Below are positions 1 through 31,545 of a stretch of 64,000 nucleotides of DNA, one piece after another (position 1 is the stretch's first letter; the number at the start of each line of letters is the position of its first letter). The translations under genes and the position numbers were made by a program. The stretch is from contig OZ249436.1 in the NCBI GenBank assembly GCA_965235115.1, forward strand, positions 55,926,001-55,990,000. The letters run 5' to 3'. This DNA is from Laetmonice hystrix. Its lineage: Eukaryota. The notes under the pieces are model-generated. The model was not told where the DNA came from. It did no database searches and saw nothing but the letters and a program-made list of their open reading frames with translations.

Positions 1-1904
1 ATGGTGTAAAGATATTAATCTCCCACCACAAAGATAAACGCTATAAATTTAGGCTATAGATCTACGCTGATATACATCTTGATCTATGCGCATATTTAAA
101 GGTTGAAATTAGGCACTGAATACGTTAAATGCAAACTGCACGAATATGTGTTACTTTGATTGCATTGAATACCGAGGAGTCAATAGGTCTGTTCAAACAG
201 TCGACACGGAAAAGATTAAATCCCACACTAATAATGGGAAGTCCCCCGCCCCCGTTTGAGCTCGAGTTTTAACTTGATCGATGCATGTTTAAGTGTTAAA
301 GTTCATCCATCAGCACCATTAAAGATCTATGTCCACATATATCCTCGCTCAATGCAGCTTAAAAAGCACACTTAATCCAATTGCGGTTTGTGCCTAAAAG
401 TGGCCCAACTCTTACTGCACTAAAAATGTTGTGACCTAGGCCTATAGGCCCAACTCTATAGCGAGTATAGAACGTTCGATTGTTTCGATTATTTCGACCA
501 CACTGTCTCGATCTTGTACCACAAAGAAGCCTGTATTAACGGACTCAACGCCAACGATCAAGATAAGTGCTTTGTTTTTCGCTTATTAGCCACGGCGCTA
601 AAAACAGAAGTCCGCGTGGACGAGATGAAAGGCGACCCCCAGCGGTGACTTTAGCCGTTATCTTCTGATGTCGCGCACCCCGCGCTATGACACATGTTGC
701 GATGTTATCACAGTTTCACCGTGAATGCCTCGTCTAAAATACCGGCCTGGGCAGCATATATAACTGTTGACCGCGGTTAATCATGATACTGTTCTCTTGT
801 CTCGCGTTCGTTGACTGCAGAAAGCCTGCCGACTCTACGTTCACTTGTTCACCCCAGTGTGTTCACCCTATCGTCTCGGTCCCGCCCCAAACAATAGGAC
901 TTCCATATTTGGAATAATGAGGAGACATGCAGCGCATAGTAAATGAGACAAGCTGACCGTGTCCTACTTCCTGTCGAGCTGCGAGCGAGGCTGCTGGGCT
1001 TAATACGGACCCGTATATATATCCAGGAGGGGACACCGAGCGAGGAGGCACCTGCCGAATCTCGGGAGATTTGACCTCACTATCTGCTCCATAAAGGACA
1101 AACGGATGTCATCGGGACTAGATTATGGCATAAGGTAAGACGTTGATGATTTCTCGTGGGGAAATTCCCCGCAAATGTTCAATTTAGAGGCGATTCACCG
1201 ACCCATGTTATAGCGTCAGTGGTTGGGAGCCTCGCTGTGGTGTGCACTTTCCCAGCATAACATAAGGATAAACAGGGGGAGACCGACCAATATATAGCCT
1301 GCCGTGTTTATGAGGGTTCGCATCCGATCAACCTGTAGACGGTTTCCACGTTTATTTTACAATTTTTAAAGAAAATAGCATTACGATATCACATATTAGT
1401 CGTTTCTGATCAAATATGAGCACGTATCGATCGTGCAACAGACATGCGTCTATCGATAACAAAATACGTCGATCGTGCACTGGCGGCACCGCGTTCGTGT
1501 GAACGGCAGGCGAGTCGGTATGGTCGGACGATGGGGGCTATCGAATAGCGGGTTCGTCGGCATATGAGCAGCGAGGGAACTTCTGGTCATATTTACTTAG
1601 GTGATACGGATGGAAGCCTATTCTTTCTGTAATAATTACATGTGTATTATCGTATAAGATTTCATTCAGGAGCGCAGTGCTCGTATAGGACTATTGTTTA
1701 TAATGCCAAATGGTATACCATTATGTGTATTGCAGATATCGCTGTCCTTGCAGTGTACAAGTCGAGCCCACCGGGTCGTTCCAGTGAGCGAGCATGACAT
1801 CGAAAGCGGACTTCGGGGGCCTCTGAATATAGGCTAGCGTCCAAACCCTCGATCAGTGCGAGGGTTTGGCAAAGGGTGCAGCAGCAGGAGGCCAACTGGC
1901 CATC

Positions 1905-2486
1905 ATGGGCAACGGACTAGCAAAACTCGACAGTCTCCAGCCTGTCCATGTCGTCATGCTAGGGTTGGACTCGGCAGGCAAATCGACGGTGCTTTATCGC
2001 CTCAAGTTCGACCAGTACGTCAACACAGTGCCCACTGTCGGTTTCAACTGTGAAAAAGTGAAAGGAACCCTCGGTAAGGCGAAGGGTGTGTCGTTCATGA
2101 TATGGGACGTCGGAGGCCAGGACAAAGTTCGACCGCTGTGGAAATCGTATACCCGGAATACCGATGGTATTGTGTTTGTGGTTGACAGTTCAGACTGTGA
2201 GAGGATAGAGGAGGCCAGGGTGGAACTCTTACGTACCGCTCGGTGTTCTGAGAACGCTGGAGTACCTGTTCTTGTGCTTGCCAATAAGCAGGATCTACGG
2301 GGGGCAAAGGACGCGGCCGAAATGGAGAAGGCAATGAGCCTTCACGAACTATCAGCAGGACACTTGTGGCACATCCAACCGGCGTGTGCTATCAATGGTG
2401 AGGGCTTGGACGAAGGACTAGAACACCTTTATCAAATGATTCTCAAGAAGCGAAAGGCTGTGAAACAGTCCAAAAAGAAACGATGA
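1905..2486 (+). CDS. ARL4: ADP-ribosylation factor-like small GTPase, ARL4 subfamily (single coding exon, 193 aa)
   Basis: ATG at 1905 gives MGNGL (myristoylation Gly2). GTPase motifs GLDSAGKST, WDVGGQ and NKQD are present, plus a basic C-terminal tail KKRKAVKQSKKKR typical of ARL4A/C/D. Probable 5'UTR intron ~1135-1735 (AAG|GTAAGA ... TTGCAG). AATAAA at 3425. Confidence 0.95.
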   Translation: MGNGLAKLDSLQPVHVVMLGLDSAGKSTVLYRLKFDQYVNTVPTVGFNCEKVKGTLGKAKGVSFMIWDVGGQDKVRPLWKSYTRNTDGIVFVVDSSDCERIEEARVELLRTARCSENAGVPVLVLANKQDLRGAKDAAEMEKAMSLHELSAGHLWHIQPACAINGEGLDEGLEHLYQMILKKRKAVKQSKKKR

Positions 2487-5400
2487 TGTACACTTTGTAC
2501 TAGCGTATAAATATTTTATTCCAATGAAATATATTGTAAGATTATTCACCATGGGCCACATAGTCGGTAACATTAGAGTTACATTACCAGGTCAGGTTTG
2601 GAAAAGGAGTTTACGTTACATGAAAGACGTTTGGATCAACTGGAGGCCTGGGAAAGCGAAATGAACAAGTCAGACGAGGAAAGCACACAGAAGTTGTTTA
2701 TTGCCTTCTGGTAGGTTTTATGTCTGTCAGTTAGACACCAGAATGAAGAAAGGACAGTGAAACAATTAAGGCATGGTGTGTATGTCCAGGTGACAAACCG
2801 TTACCAGTGTATATCCCAGTTGTTTCCTATTGATTTATTGAATCATGTATGATTCCAGTAAGGGGATGAAATCATAAAGGTATTTTTGTGATGGATTGTT
2901 AGTATGGTGTAAACACCTGGATCGTGATATATTACACTTTGGAACAGATGCAGCTACATCTGCTTGACCGTCAGACGGTTAAAATTTAGTGTAAAACAGA
3001 TTGTATAGAGTGTATGTGTCTAGATATATGAGGATGGATAAAAAAGGAATGTGTGTGCCAGAAAAAGAATGAGAGTCAAAATGAGTTTGTACATAAATAA
3101 TTTAGTGGCCTTGTAAATATATTTTACATTTTTACTTTGTTGTGGGTTTACTGCAAGTGTGTATTATAATTGATGGTGCATGTGTCATGCAAGTGTATAA
3201 CATGACATCATATACAGATTAAATGATAGACAACATGGGATTTGGGAATTACACTCGTTTCATTCGTTTCATTTCTGTAACTCCATTCAATTTCATAAAG
3301 GAAGGAGGTGTACCAAGTTTCTTTTAGTGTACCGGTAGATTTGTCTGTAATTTCACGTGTTGAGGCGCATATAGTAAGCCTATAATATAATGGTCATATA
3401 TACGTGCAGTCAGTCAATCACACCAATAAAAAGGAACAATGCGCCTACATGCAAACGTCAGGATATTGAGATTATAGGCCCATAACTTTCACACCTTCCT
3501 CTGCGTCGGGATCTTACCAACTATTCGCACTGAAAATGCTCTGCTTGGAACATGATCTGTCTGGGAACCCCAGAGCCGGTGCACCTGTCGGCCTAGAAGG
3601 AAATCGATAGTAAACTCTGGCAAACACTGGGCACGGTTCCAGGTCCATGGTGTCTCTGCTGAACCCTCCTTAACATGCAAATATTGCCACCACCTGCGGC
3701 TCAGTGATACACCAAGGGGCTGGGCTTCCCAGACATCAGAGAAAAATATTACGCAATAATACCACTTTTGTTTACAATGTTTAAAAACATACTGCAAAAA
3801 ACAAAAATATATACAAAAATATATACAATGCTGTGGGCTCTTTCTCATATAGACATATACTGTTTTGTTTACTGGTATATGCGCTGGTGCTGATTAACCA
3901 GGTAATTTTTGGATCATAAAGTCTTATTGAGATATTTCATAATTTCATTCCAGTCGATAAACTATCGAGACTTTGGTCCATGTTATACCTCGGTATTTCA
4001 AACCAAATGATCCCCTGACACAAAATGTGTTCTAGATTACAGTACTATATACTTATGATATATATGACCGTATAAGCTAGGCCTTTGTTGTGGTATATCG
4101 TTACACCATAATATGACACACGTGTCAGGAAAGGTGATAGGCCCCCACAAGGACAATACCTTGCAAGACTCATAATGAAACAACCATGGCAAAAAAAACA
4201 AATAAGTCTACCAGTCACCACAGTCTATGCGAAGCGTAGGGAATGTAAAATGAAATGACAATGTGGCCAGAGTGCTAGAGTTTCCATGAGGTCTCGATAA
4301 ATACAAACCTAATACCGTTATTGAATACGTCATATCTGATGACCATCAGCAAGCCAGCCACGTGTACACGGGTCTTGTGTTCGTGTTGGCCAAGCCACAG
4401 GTGGCCTTGGTCCCAGCCCCTGCCCACAGGTGATCTTTTTATTGGCCATACTGTGTTGGTTGGGGGGAGGGCGGGTTGGCTGCCCCTGGCGGCCGTCCCA
4501 GGGTACCCACATCCTGAAGTCACCTGTGCTATATATACATGTACATAGGTAATGTAGAATGTATACAAGCCGCGTGACAAGCACGTCTCCGTGTACACAG
4601 ACCTGGACGTCGGCACAATTTGACACCAGGTCGAGAACTACAGGCCTATACATTTGTATATACAGTCAGGCCAACTAGAGCTTCCGTAGTGCGTGGCTGT
4701 TGGATAGGTTCAGTCGCCAGTGACGTTTGGGCTTATCCCGTGTTACCAGGCTGTCAAATTACAAGTGGATTTAGGCCTACATCCAGACGTGATATGTGTC
4801 CTTAATAAAGTTGAAATCGGGTAACCTCCAAGGTCCTTGAGGTCAGTGTATTGAACAAAAGGTATTGTTGCGATAAAGGGAAAAATAATGATAGCCCTAG
4901 TTAGGCCTACAACAGTAAGCTAAATCTGCGACGAATCAACATGATAAATATAAGAATGAATTTGTTTATGTTTGAACAATACTCATCCACACAATTGTTG
5001 CTTGCGAGAGGTCCTCTCAGGGCATTGCCTTAAATGACACCAACTGACTATTGGGTAATACCTATAGGTCTACATAATACCACCAAATACGTAAGAGTTA
5101 AGGTCAGTTGTGAAAGGTGATATCGTTACTTCTGGTATCTTAGGCCTATCTTTTGGATTCCCGTACAAGTCAGATACCACATTCCTCGTTTCCAACTTGC
5201 CAACAATTATTAACTGGTTTTTTAAATGTACACGAAACGTTGTATATCTCAGCGACGTTACTGACCTGGAAGTACTTGAAAACTTCAACCACTATTTTTA
5301 AGATTGACGCCTAAATTTTGATTGAAGACAGTTTAGACTGTATGTGATTTACTCCTTCTCGGAGAGAGATTGGTCATATCTTCCTAATAATTTATCATAG

Positions 5401-8400
5401 AATAAACGGACATGTGAGATTCATTTGGTTAAAAGGAATAACCCTAGGCCTATCCAAAGAAGTACAAGTTGAACTTGTAACGCATGTGAATATTAGATCA
5501 GTAATGAGATACTAAATAACACATTAATCAATGAAAAGCGACATGCACTGTAATCAGTTAACCAAATAATTTCCTGTAGCAGTGCATGAGAAGTGAAAGC
5601 TGTGTCTCTAATGTGTATCAGACTATTCTGTTTACATATAACTTGTGTGTTGTAAAATGTATAAGATTAGAGGCGAGGAAAGTCAAATCTGATTTAGACG
5701 CTTGGCAACGTGTCTGGAGGCGTGTATACACCAGGACCAGAAAGTCCATGCCATTTCTTCATATTGTTTTTTTTTTTTACATGACCGGCAAACCCAAGGC
5801 GCGTATCAAGTTGCAAACATTGCCGCCGTTTGCAGTGTCAGTTCCCAGTGGTAACTTATAAAAAAAACTTCTAACTTATAGTTAGAAGTATTGACTGGTC
5901 CACTGGCCCATCTGGCGCTCCGCTGAGTTTGGGACAGGCACCTGATAATAACGGCCATGCATGACCTAAAGATTTCTGTGGATGCATAATGTTAGGATAT
6001 GTCCGTAAGATATGTATAGCCTTATAGCTCGCAAACGAAAAAAAACTCGTACATTTTCCTATTATGATCTAAAGAAAATATGAGCTGATAAAATACGAGT
6101 GTTTAGTGAAACGGTCCCCTGCAGGACACTTTGGGCGCTACACTTGTTAATGCGGTGTTAATGCACTTTCTGTTGTTAGGCCTACCACTGTCAACTCGAG
6201 TTTCGTCAATTTTCCTCAAAGATTAGACTACACTCTACTACAGACTTCGGGCTAATTCAAATCAGTCAGACATAATTATGTTGCAACAGAAAGTGCAATG
6301 GTAGAACCGTCGTATACCCGATATTTAAACTGTAGTCACCTATTTCATCCCGATTTGGTGCATTCAAAAATGGCGGGCGGTGCCTTCCCAAACTCAGCGT
6401 AGCGCCATCAGATGGGACTGGGGACCAGTCTATGCCAGAAGAACCTGCGTAACATGCGTACCTGCACTGTCTCAGTCTATCTTTTAACCCTGCAGATTTT
6501 CTGGTCATATGGCAACGCCAACGGGGTTTAAATAATAAAGCTGGATTGTATTATTCCGTGGTTTGATTGACATGCATGATTGTTTCCAGAAATTGGTGAA
6601 CAATAGCAAAATGATTGAGTTAGGAACTGCAGTCAAACTGCAGTTCAGGAAAAACATTGTTCATTGGCAACTTTATGGTCTGCCCCATGTATGTGTACGT
6701 GTACAAAGGATATACAATGGCTGCGCCTGCACTATAGGCCTCAGTGCTTATTAAATGTTTGTACATTACGCGATTGACTCGAACGTTACCGATAATGTTC
6801 TGTGCAATATTATATGTATGTGTGATAATATAAAGAGACAGTTTAATTGACATGTGGCGTTGTTCTTTTTTAAAATATATTTTTCATTCCAGTTAAAAAT
6901 ATGTTTTTAACTATATATTGCAAATGTATGTGAAACCGCCGGAATGCACCGTGGGCTGTGGGCCGTAATGACACTCCGTATAGACAATGTTGCGGTTTTT
7001 TTACGTCCTGTAGATACAAATTATGTTCATCCATAGTTGTCTGCGTTCATTCATGTTCCACCATAATATGCGATGAACGTATAGGTATGTCGTAGGCCTA
7101 CTACATGTACCAACGTGAACAATGCCAGCGCCGGGGGAGGGGAGGGGGTTCCAACTACATTTGTATCCCGGAACCCCCGCCCCGGTTGAAAAGAAATGAA
7201 ATTTACGAAAACAGGAGTGTATAATGTGCATTAGTTTAACCAAAGGAGATTTTCATATATTTTCATAAAATATGTCCCGAGATTGCATTATACTATTCAC
7301 CCCCACCCCCAACCAAGTTCTGGATACGGCACTGAATCCACCCCACCGCCCCTCAAGTTTAGAAAGGACCTTCCCAGAGCCCCCTCCCCCCGGGTCTGCA
7401 TTCCCAGCCGACTCTCTCGCCCTTTGAAAAACACCCCTCCCATTAAGTGGTTCATGGGTCAATATCACCAATGTTTTCAGAAAGGGACCCGTTTCTTGAA
7501 AGACGAGCAGGAGTTGAAAATGTATACCAGGCCTACCACCGTCTAGATCTAAGTCGTTTCTTGAATTAAACCCTTTCACAGCATATCTTTCCAAAGTAGA
7601 CTTGTAACCCCATGCATAAAGATGCCGTTGTTCTTCAAATATGACTATATATGAGTGACCAGACCATTCGCATTTCTGAAATAGACCTATACGTATTCAT
7701 GTGTGCATAGGTATGACAGCTGCCAAGTTTGGAAAGTTTATCGCATGTTTACCCTTCCGGACATTGTAAACATAGATTCCACCACTAAAAAGGTGGCATT
7801 ACGGGAAAGGTCATCAGACAGATTCCCAATCGTCAAACATGGCCATCCCTTCAGTTCATAGCGGAATTGATGACGCATGTATTCTGCTTAACTTGCACAT
7901 TGCTGCGGTTGGATCGCCATCCTACATATACAGGACTATACGATGCTATATGTTGTGGCTTATAAATACAAGATGGAACAGCTGTGCCACTTGACCTTTG
8001 CCTCCGACATGCCTATAGAATACAAAGTCACACCCGAACCTCTTATAAACAAAGAAACGGAACCTTCTTCCTTCGTCAGGCTTTTGAGAAATCTACTCCT
8101 TAAAATACCCTAAAACCTTGTGAGAAAGACTCCATAAGTGGCATAAGGCAGGAGTCAAGAAATCCCTACTTGTATATAAGCGGTTTTGATATTCAGTGCA
8201 GTTGACACATTTTTACCATCACTCAGTTGACACATTTCTCCATCACTCGAGACACTAAACATGTTTCCCTCGAACTGGCAGACAAACGAAAAAGAAAGAA
8301 AGAAAAGATCGAGTACAATCTTATATGTGATGACGAAATGGACATTCCACGTTCTCATGCAGATATCCGTAGGGAACCCACAGGGTGTATGATGTTTTAT

Positions 8401-9230
8401 ATCCTCTCTTACAACCATAAACCATTGTATAGAATCGATATTGTGCATGCATTTTGGTTGCAGCCATATTATCTTTCTCTCTGAGCAAAAGGCCTTTTCT
8501 TATATAGACTCGCTCATGCCCGGTTAAAATAGAAATATAACGGCAAGTTGAGATTACCCGAGAGCACAAATACATAGGCCTATACCCTCATGGATATGTA
8601 CTATTAAATTGAAAAATTATAATCTCTAATCTCTTGGCGATATGGACATTGCAGAGAAAGAAAGCAACACTGGAGTCCACTACCAGCACAAATCGATCGG
8701 ACAGTGACACGACGGCACACAATGACAATTTGTTATAATGAAGTGGAACAAGAAAATGCCGATCTGACAAAAAACAAGGCCTGATGACAATTAATTATTC
8801 GGCCTCTTAAAATTAGCTGAAGATCATACTTAACCCACAGTTGAGCCTTGCAGCATCGCTTATCGCGGTATCTTTATAGGCTATACCCTGCCTTCCTTTT
8901 TCGGGGGGTGGGTTATTGAATGTTATTTTCTATTTTTGTAGAGTAGCTGCATGCAGGTCACCACGAAAAGTCCTGTCGAAGGACATGCATGCCTGACTAA
9001 AATTCGCCTCAATCACCTCAATGCTGCCGGTGTCAACACCGTAGACGCCATGTTTACTCATGGAATAATTGTAATAAAACCAACCGATTACTATATGGTC
9101 GTACCATGTAAATATTGTGTGTAAACTTAACAGATTCCAAATTATTACAGTTTTTTGTCCAAATCGGCTTGCAGGCTCAGACGCGTTCCTTTCAACCCCA
9201 GCTTTGAGAGATTTCCCGTTTAAGAAGCTG

Positions 9231-9327
9231 GGGGCGTTTCTCATCATGTCGTTAGCTTGTCGTATCGTTAATGCATTTTCAATGGGGATTTTAACGCACA
9301 ACAGGAACGATAGATGAGAAACGCACC
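9231..9327. mobile_element. ~100-bp MITE, family A copy 1
   Basis: TIRs GGGGCGTTTCTCATC / GATGAGAAACGCACC. Homologous copy at 21256-21361. Confidence 0.7.
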
Positions 9328-10432
9328 AAAATTGTGGGCATTATAGCAGTGCTATGGCCTTGGTATATAGTTTCCTAAAGAGAAACAGGTATCCTGTATA
9401 TCTGATGAGACAAAGCGAGTATGAAAACAGTTCTAATGCCGGTGTACTAATTTCAGGCTTGGAGGAGGGGGGGTGTTATACTTACATGATTTAATTAACC
9501 CATGGAGCCAAGCTCTGTTTGGTGAAGATAAAAATCGGAATAATAAATTTTGTTTTTAAATTTCCATTCAGGCCAGATAAAGCAACCTTGTGTACCCCTC
9601 AGATTACGCATTGTCTAATCCAACATGCCTCTGAACTCGCGCTATAGGCATACCTATAAACTTCTGCCCCCTGGACTCTATGGACCTCACTTCGTAGACA
9701 TGCATGGCGGATTCAACGGGGGAGCATTGGGGGCAGTGCCCCCCGGCAAAACTGAGAACTCCCTCCATATTTTCCAAGAAATTATGCCTCCGGCGCTTGC
9801 CCAGGCCCGGTGCCCCCCCCCCCCCCCCCTCCCGCAACACCCCGGCAACGACCCTTCTAGACCCGCCCCTGACACCCCCCTTACCAAAATCCTGCCCCCT
9901 ATCACTGCAGTACCTTCATCAAATATGCATCAAGAGGGCAACTTTGTCTCGTTACTGCTGTCACTGAATAGTCAATAATAGTGATGCTTGGAATCGGAAT
10001 CCCATGCAAATAAGCTAAATATACCCCCCCCCCCCCCAAGGTATTTAAGTGATGTGGCCAAAAGCTATAGATCTAAGTGTGACTTTCTTTTTGCTGAATT
10101 TTGGTATCCTGTCAGCGATTAAAATATAACTGGCAAATAATGACTATACTACCCCCTTGCTCCCCCCCCCCCCAATTGCTACGGTCATGAGAATATAGGG
10201 GCAATCGCCACGCCTATGATCTTCAATGGGAGACCACAGTATATATCGACCTGCATGTCTGCTAGGCCTATAGCAGACAGGCTTACTTTAGTCTGTAGAG
10301 GTCTATACCTTGAAGAAGGACTTCTCATATAGGCCTAACATATTATAGATCTAATATCCTTCTTGAGGAAGGACAGACCGAGCATGCATGCAGTCTCTTC
10401 TTTTGAAAAGTTGTGTAGATCTATACCGTCGA

Positions 10433-10569
10433 GGATCCAGGGGGACTCAGGGCCCCCCTTATATTTGCTTTTTTCTTCTCATTTTTATGAAGATGCATTG
10501 GTACAGTCACAATCAAATCATAATATTTTTAGCCCCCCCCCCCTTATCAAAATCCTGGATCCCCCACTG
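10433..10569. mobile_element. Degenerate MITE with GGATCCAGG termini
   Basis: GGATCCAGG...CCTGGATCC inverted ends with G/C runs. A related fragment lies at ~9703-9900. Confidence 0.45.
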
Positions 10570-11339
10570 GTAGGCCTATATATCGGGGGATTTCTCGTGT
10601 ATCTTTACAGTCTATAGACCACAAGGCACCAGAACAATGAATTGCCCCCTTCATAGTTTTCCCGTCCGCCTTCCAAAGTTGCCCCATAAATATATACAGG
10701 CAACATGATATAACGCGTGCGCCCAGTTTGCGTTCATCCAATCTCCTCCGTGACCGCGGCTGACGGGCTCCCCCTGGTGGTGGAAACATGCGGTGCGTCC
10801 GCCCCGCGGCCGTGGTCGGCCCACTTTAATGGGTACGTCTGGGCGCCCTGCCCTTTGTCAATCAGCGAGGTCTATTACTACGGCTAAAACAATGACACCA
10901 GTTGAAGAATGACACTGCAGGGACGGTGCCTTGGGCTCATGTCTGCAAAAATTTCTTTGTTCTGAAACCAATACTTCGGACATTGCCGTCAATTTTTTTT
11001 AATAGAAAAAATACCTTAATTTTTAACTTTATAGCTTTCCAACCAGAGAGGCGCGTATCACGGCCTATTCCGTCATGCCTGTGTATAGTGGAGTGTAAAT
11101 TCTGACTGAAAATAAGACGTAATACAAACAAAATGCTCAGCCAGTGTTAATCTTATTAGACCCTATTGACTTCACCTCTAGCCTATATTGCGGGGAGGGG
11201 GATTTCCTTTGTGTCCTTTGTGCACACGAGGAATACCGAACCACTGTACTTTCAAATCGTCATAAACAACAACCATATAGAACCGTTTTAGAACGATTAT
11301 TTTGGATTGGATTAGAGGTTGCACAGCTTGGGTCCTATA

Positions 11340-11510
11340 GCAAGGCGGGCAGTTTTACTGGTGGGGGAAACCGGAGTATCCCGGAAAAAACCATGCACTA
11401 TACCTGACAGCAGGTAACTGACAAATCTTTGGTCCGAGGGGGTTCGAACCCGTCGGTGCAAGGCCCTGTATAGTTTCGAACGTCAGCCCAATGCTGAGAC
11501 CACTGAACCC
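11340..11510 (-). mobile_element. tRNA-derived SINE with V-domain, degenerate
   Basis: Minus strand reads A-box-like TCAGTGGT, B-box GGGTTCGAACCCC, then GGTTTTTTCCGGGATACTCCGGTTTCCCCCAC resembling the V-SINE core. Confidence 0.65.
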
Positions 11511-11769
11511 CCATCTTTTCCATGGCCATTTTTGGATCTATAACCATGCATTAGGCCCTATAGAGTCTAGGGGCATGTGTTTATCAAGTCCACATATAGA
11601 TCTCTGTGATCAAAAACTCTATCCTAGGCCTAATATAGAATTGTAGGCGAGTGTCAAAATGACAATAGATAAACGGAGGTTAAAACCTATTTCGCAGAGA
11701 TAAATGGAAAGGTAAACAAAGGTTGAAACCCATTCCCCATTTCCCTTTGCACGTTTTCAAATATGAATT

Positions 11770-12005
11770 CAATCACTTTCTTCAAATAGGCAGGAAATGG
11801 GTTGCTTTTTCTATTTTCATAGGCTATCACTTTCTTCAAATATAGACTAGAAAATGGGCTGCTTTTCCATTTTTTTATATCACTTTCTTTAAATAGGAAC
11901 CGCCGCGGGGAAATGGGTTGCTCTTCCTATTTTCATATCACTTTCTTCAAGTAGGAAATGGAATTGGGTAGTTTTTCCTATTTTCATAATTTCTTCAAAT
12001 TGGAA
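11770..12005. repeat. Degenerate ~55-bp tandem repeat, 4-5 copies
   Basis: Recurring ATCACTTTCTTCAAATAGG...AAATGGGTTGCTTTTCCTATTTTCAT. Confidence 0.75.
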
Positions 12006-12549
12006 AATGAAATAACGGTAGATCTATAGACTAGGCCTATATCTTGATTAGCTTGAGTAGGCCTATAGGATTAGGCTATATAGCTTTTTCCTGAGTTACG
12101 CGCCTCAGTCAGGAGCTACATGGCATCGTTTTCACTAACAAACATTGTAGACACCATTTTAATGGAAAAGTTTGGACCAAGAGAGGCTAATAGCAGATCT
12201 TGTCAAATTCTTGTCAAATTCTGATCGGCTGATGACTAATGGGCTCCTCTACCATGCTCCCACAAGTTATATTTTTGTTCATATTTAAATATTTTTTAAC
12301 CCAGCATGTTTCAGTTTTCCGGGTTCGTCTTCCTGAACGCACTTGGATATATCTACAAATCATCTGCAGTGAAGCCGCGGTGCCGTGCCTAGCAAATTGT
12401 AGGTATACCGTAGAACTGTATCTTCTGTATGTAGCCTACTATAAACGCCTCGTGGGAACCTTAGACACTATTGGTGTGGTATGTGGCCGCAAGATGGCAG
12501 TGCGATCAGCCAAGCCATCCGCATTCGGAAGGAGCGTTGAGAAGCACTG

Positions 12550-12692
12550 GGCCCGGGTTTTTTTGTTTACTTTTTCACCGTGAACAAGGGTGAGCATGAG
12601 CTCATGATCACCGTTTTCGTGTTTTTTTTTTCTCGGGGGGTTTCCCCCGTGAGGCGTGCTCATGGTGGAAAAGTGAACCAAAAAACCGGGCC
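12550..12692. mobile_element. MITE, PIF/Harbinger-like
   Basis: TIRs GGCCCGGGTTTTTTTGTTTACTTTT / AAAAGTGAACCAAAAAACCGGGCC, flanked by CTG and CAG. Confidence 0.65.
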
Positions 12693-13455
12693 CAGGAGTG
12701 TACTATACGGACATTCAACTAGGCCTATCTGTAGGCCTATATAAATATATAATAAAGAATTAAGGAAATATTAAATTGTTATGTCATTGTCTGGTCCCTG
12801 CTCATATCGTTTGGAATCGAAACGGTTCTCTGTAGATAGCTTTGACTGCGTGATTGGAATCCTGATTGGAATTAAGATTTCTGAATATTTCCCGGCTCCA
12901 ATTTCCCCAAGAAAAAATAATCTAGCTCCCTCTGTGGTTGAACAAAATTTCTGGCTCCCTTTAATGAGTGGAAGATATTTTAGCTCCCAGATTCCATGGT
13001 TGCGGCATGGTTGAAATGGTCTTCCCTTAATTTTAAAAGTTAGACAGCAAAAATGGTCCATTGGTGTACCCTAATCTCTCATACAGTCTCGTTCGCGAAC
13101 AAATTACTCAGTGACACTGACAGTGCCGTGGCGTGGGTCTAAACAACAATTCTGGCTCCGAAAATGTGCCCAAACAATTTGATGCCAAAACCAAATCATC
13201 CGGCCCCCCTAAAACGTTAAATGGCCGGCCTCTAAGTGGGACCGCACTGCACCCCCCCCCCCCCCCCCCCCCGACCCGAAATCTGCTGCACTGAAAAAAT
13301 GAATGGATCAGCCATGATTAACACGTGCTCATGTGTTCATAATTCAATCTGGCGCGTGGGACCTTAATCAGCTTGGTTTACGGCTGTCGCAAAATAGTTT
13401 TGAAAAACTTTTTCTTTTGCGACATGCCAAAAAGCAAAGTATAGATATCAGACTT

Positions 13456-13545
13456 CTGATTGGTTCATATTCGCGCAATCAAAAAATCCACCAATAGGAC
13501 GCGTTGTTACAACCATTTTTACTTTCCTCGTACAAGATGGCTCTC
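13456..13545 (+). promoter_or_regulatory. Probable BTAF1 core promoter
   Basis: Two CCAAT boxes (ATTGG 13459, CCAAT 13491), E2F-like TTCGCGC 13470 and YY1-type CAAGATGGC 13533. About 700 bp upstream of the BTAF1 ATG; putative 5'UTR intron ~13688-14198. Confidence 0.5.
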
Positions 13546-14210
13546 ATTATAAATACAGGCGTTGTAGAACGCGGTTCAAAGAAGAAAAACCCCAAATTTT
13601 ACGAAATATATATGGTGAAACCTGTATTCTTCGACCAAGTTCGTGGCCGTGATCAACGTTTCAAAAGATATTTGCTGTGTTGGGATGGTAAAAGTTTAGC
13701 CAAACGTCAAAACGCTGTTGTAATAACGCACCCGCCATGAAAAGCCCATGATGATCACGATGTCATGGCATGGTGGTGGTACTGGCCGACTGCACAGTCT
13801 GGGCCCACTGCCTAACTTGTACTGACTTGGCAGCATGGCAGCAAGGAAGGGAGCTGAGTAGCGCCAGTTAAAATTGTCTTACCAGTTTTGAGATATTGGA
13901 TATTTTCTGTTGTGGAACGTGTTTATTGACCTTCCAAATATTTGCAAGTTTTTAAAAGTAAAAAGGGAATCAAAAATAGATAAGACAAGTCTATCATTAT
14001 TCATTACTCAGCAAGTTTGACATCCCCAGCAACATTGGATTGGCAACAGTTTGCCTCTGAAACACTCTGAAACAATGTCCAGCAAAATTTGTAATAGACT
14101 GGCAACAAAAGCAAAAAAAAGTATACGCAACAAAAACTTTACGAACTTGCTTCAACCATCGGCATCGTCTAGTAGTTGGCCTTGGGTTTAACCTTAGGTT
14201 TTGGGTGAAT

Positions 14211-31545
<17,335 letters not shown>

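Noticed and set aside
1866..1904. N-terminal extension of ARL4 in the ORF track
   Set aside because: It begins at TTG. The ATG at 1905 gives the conserved MG myristoylation start.
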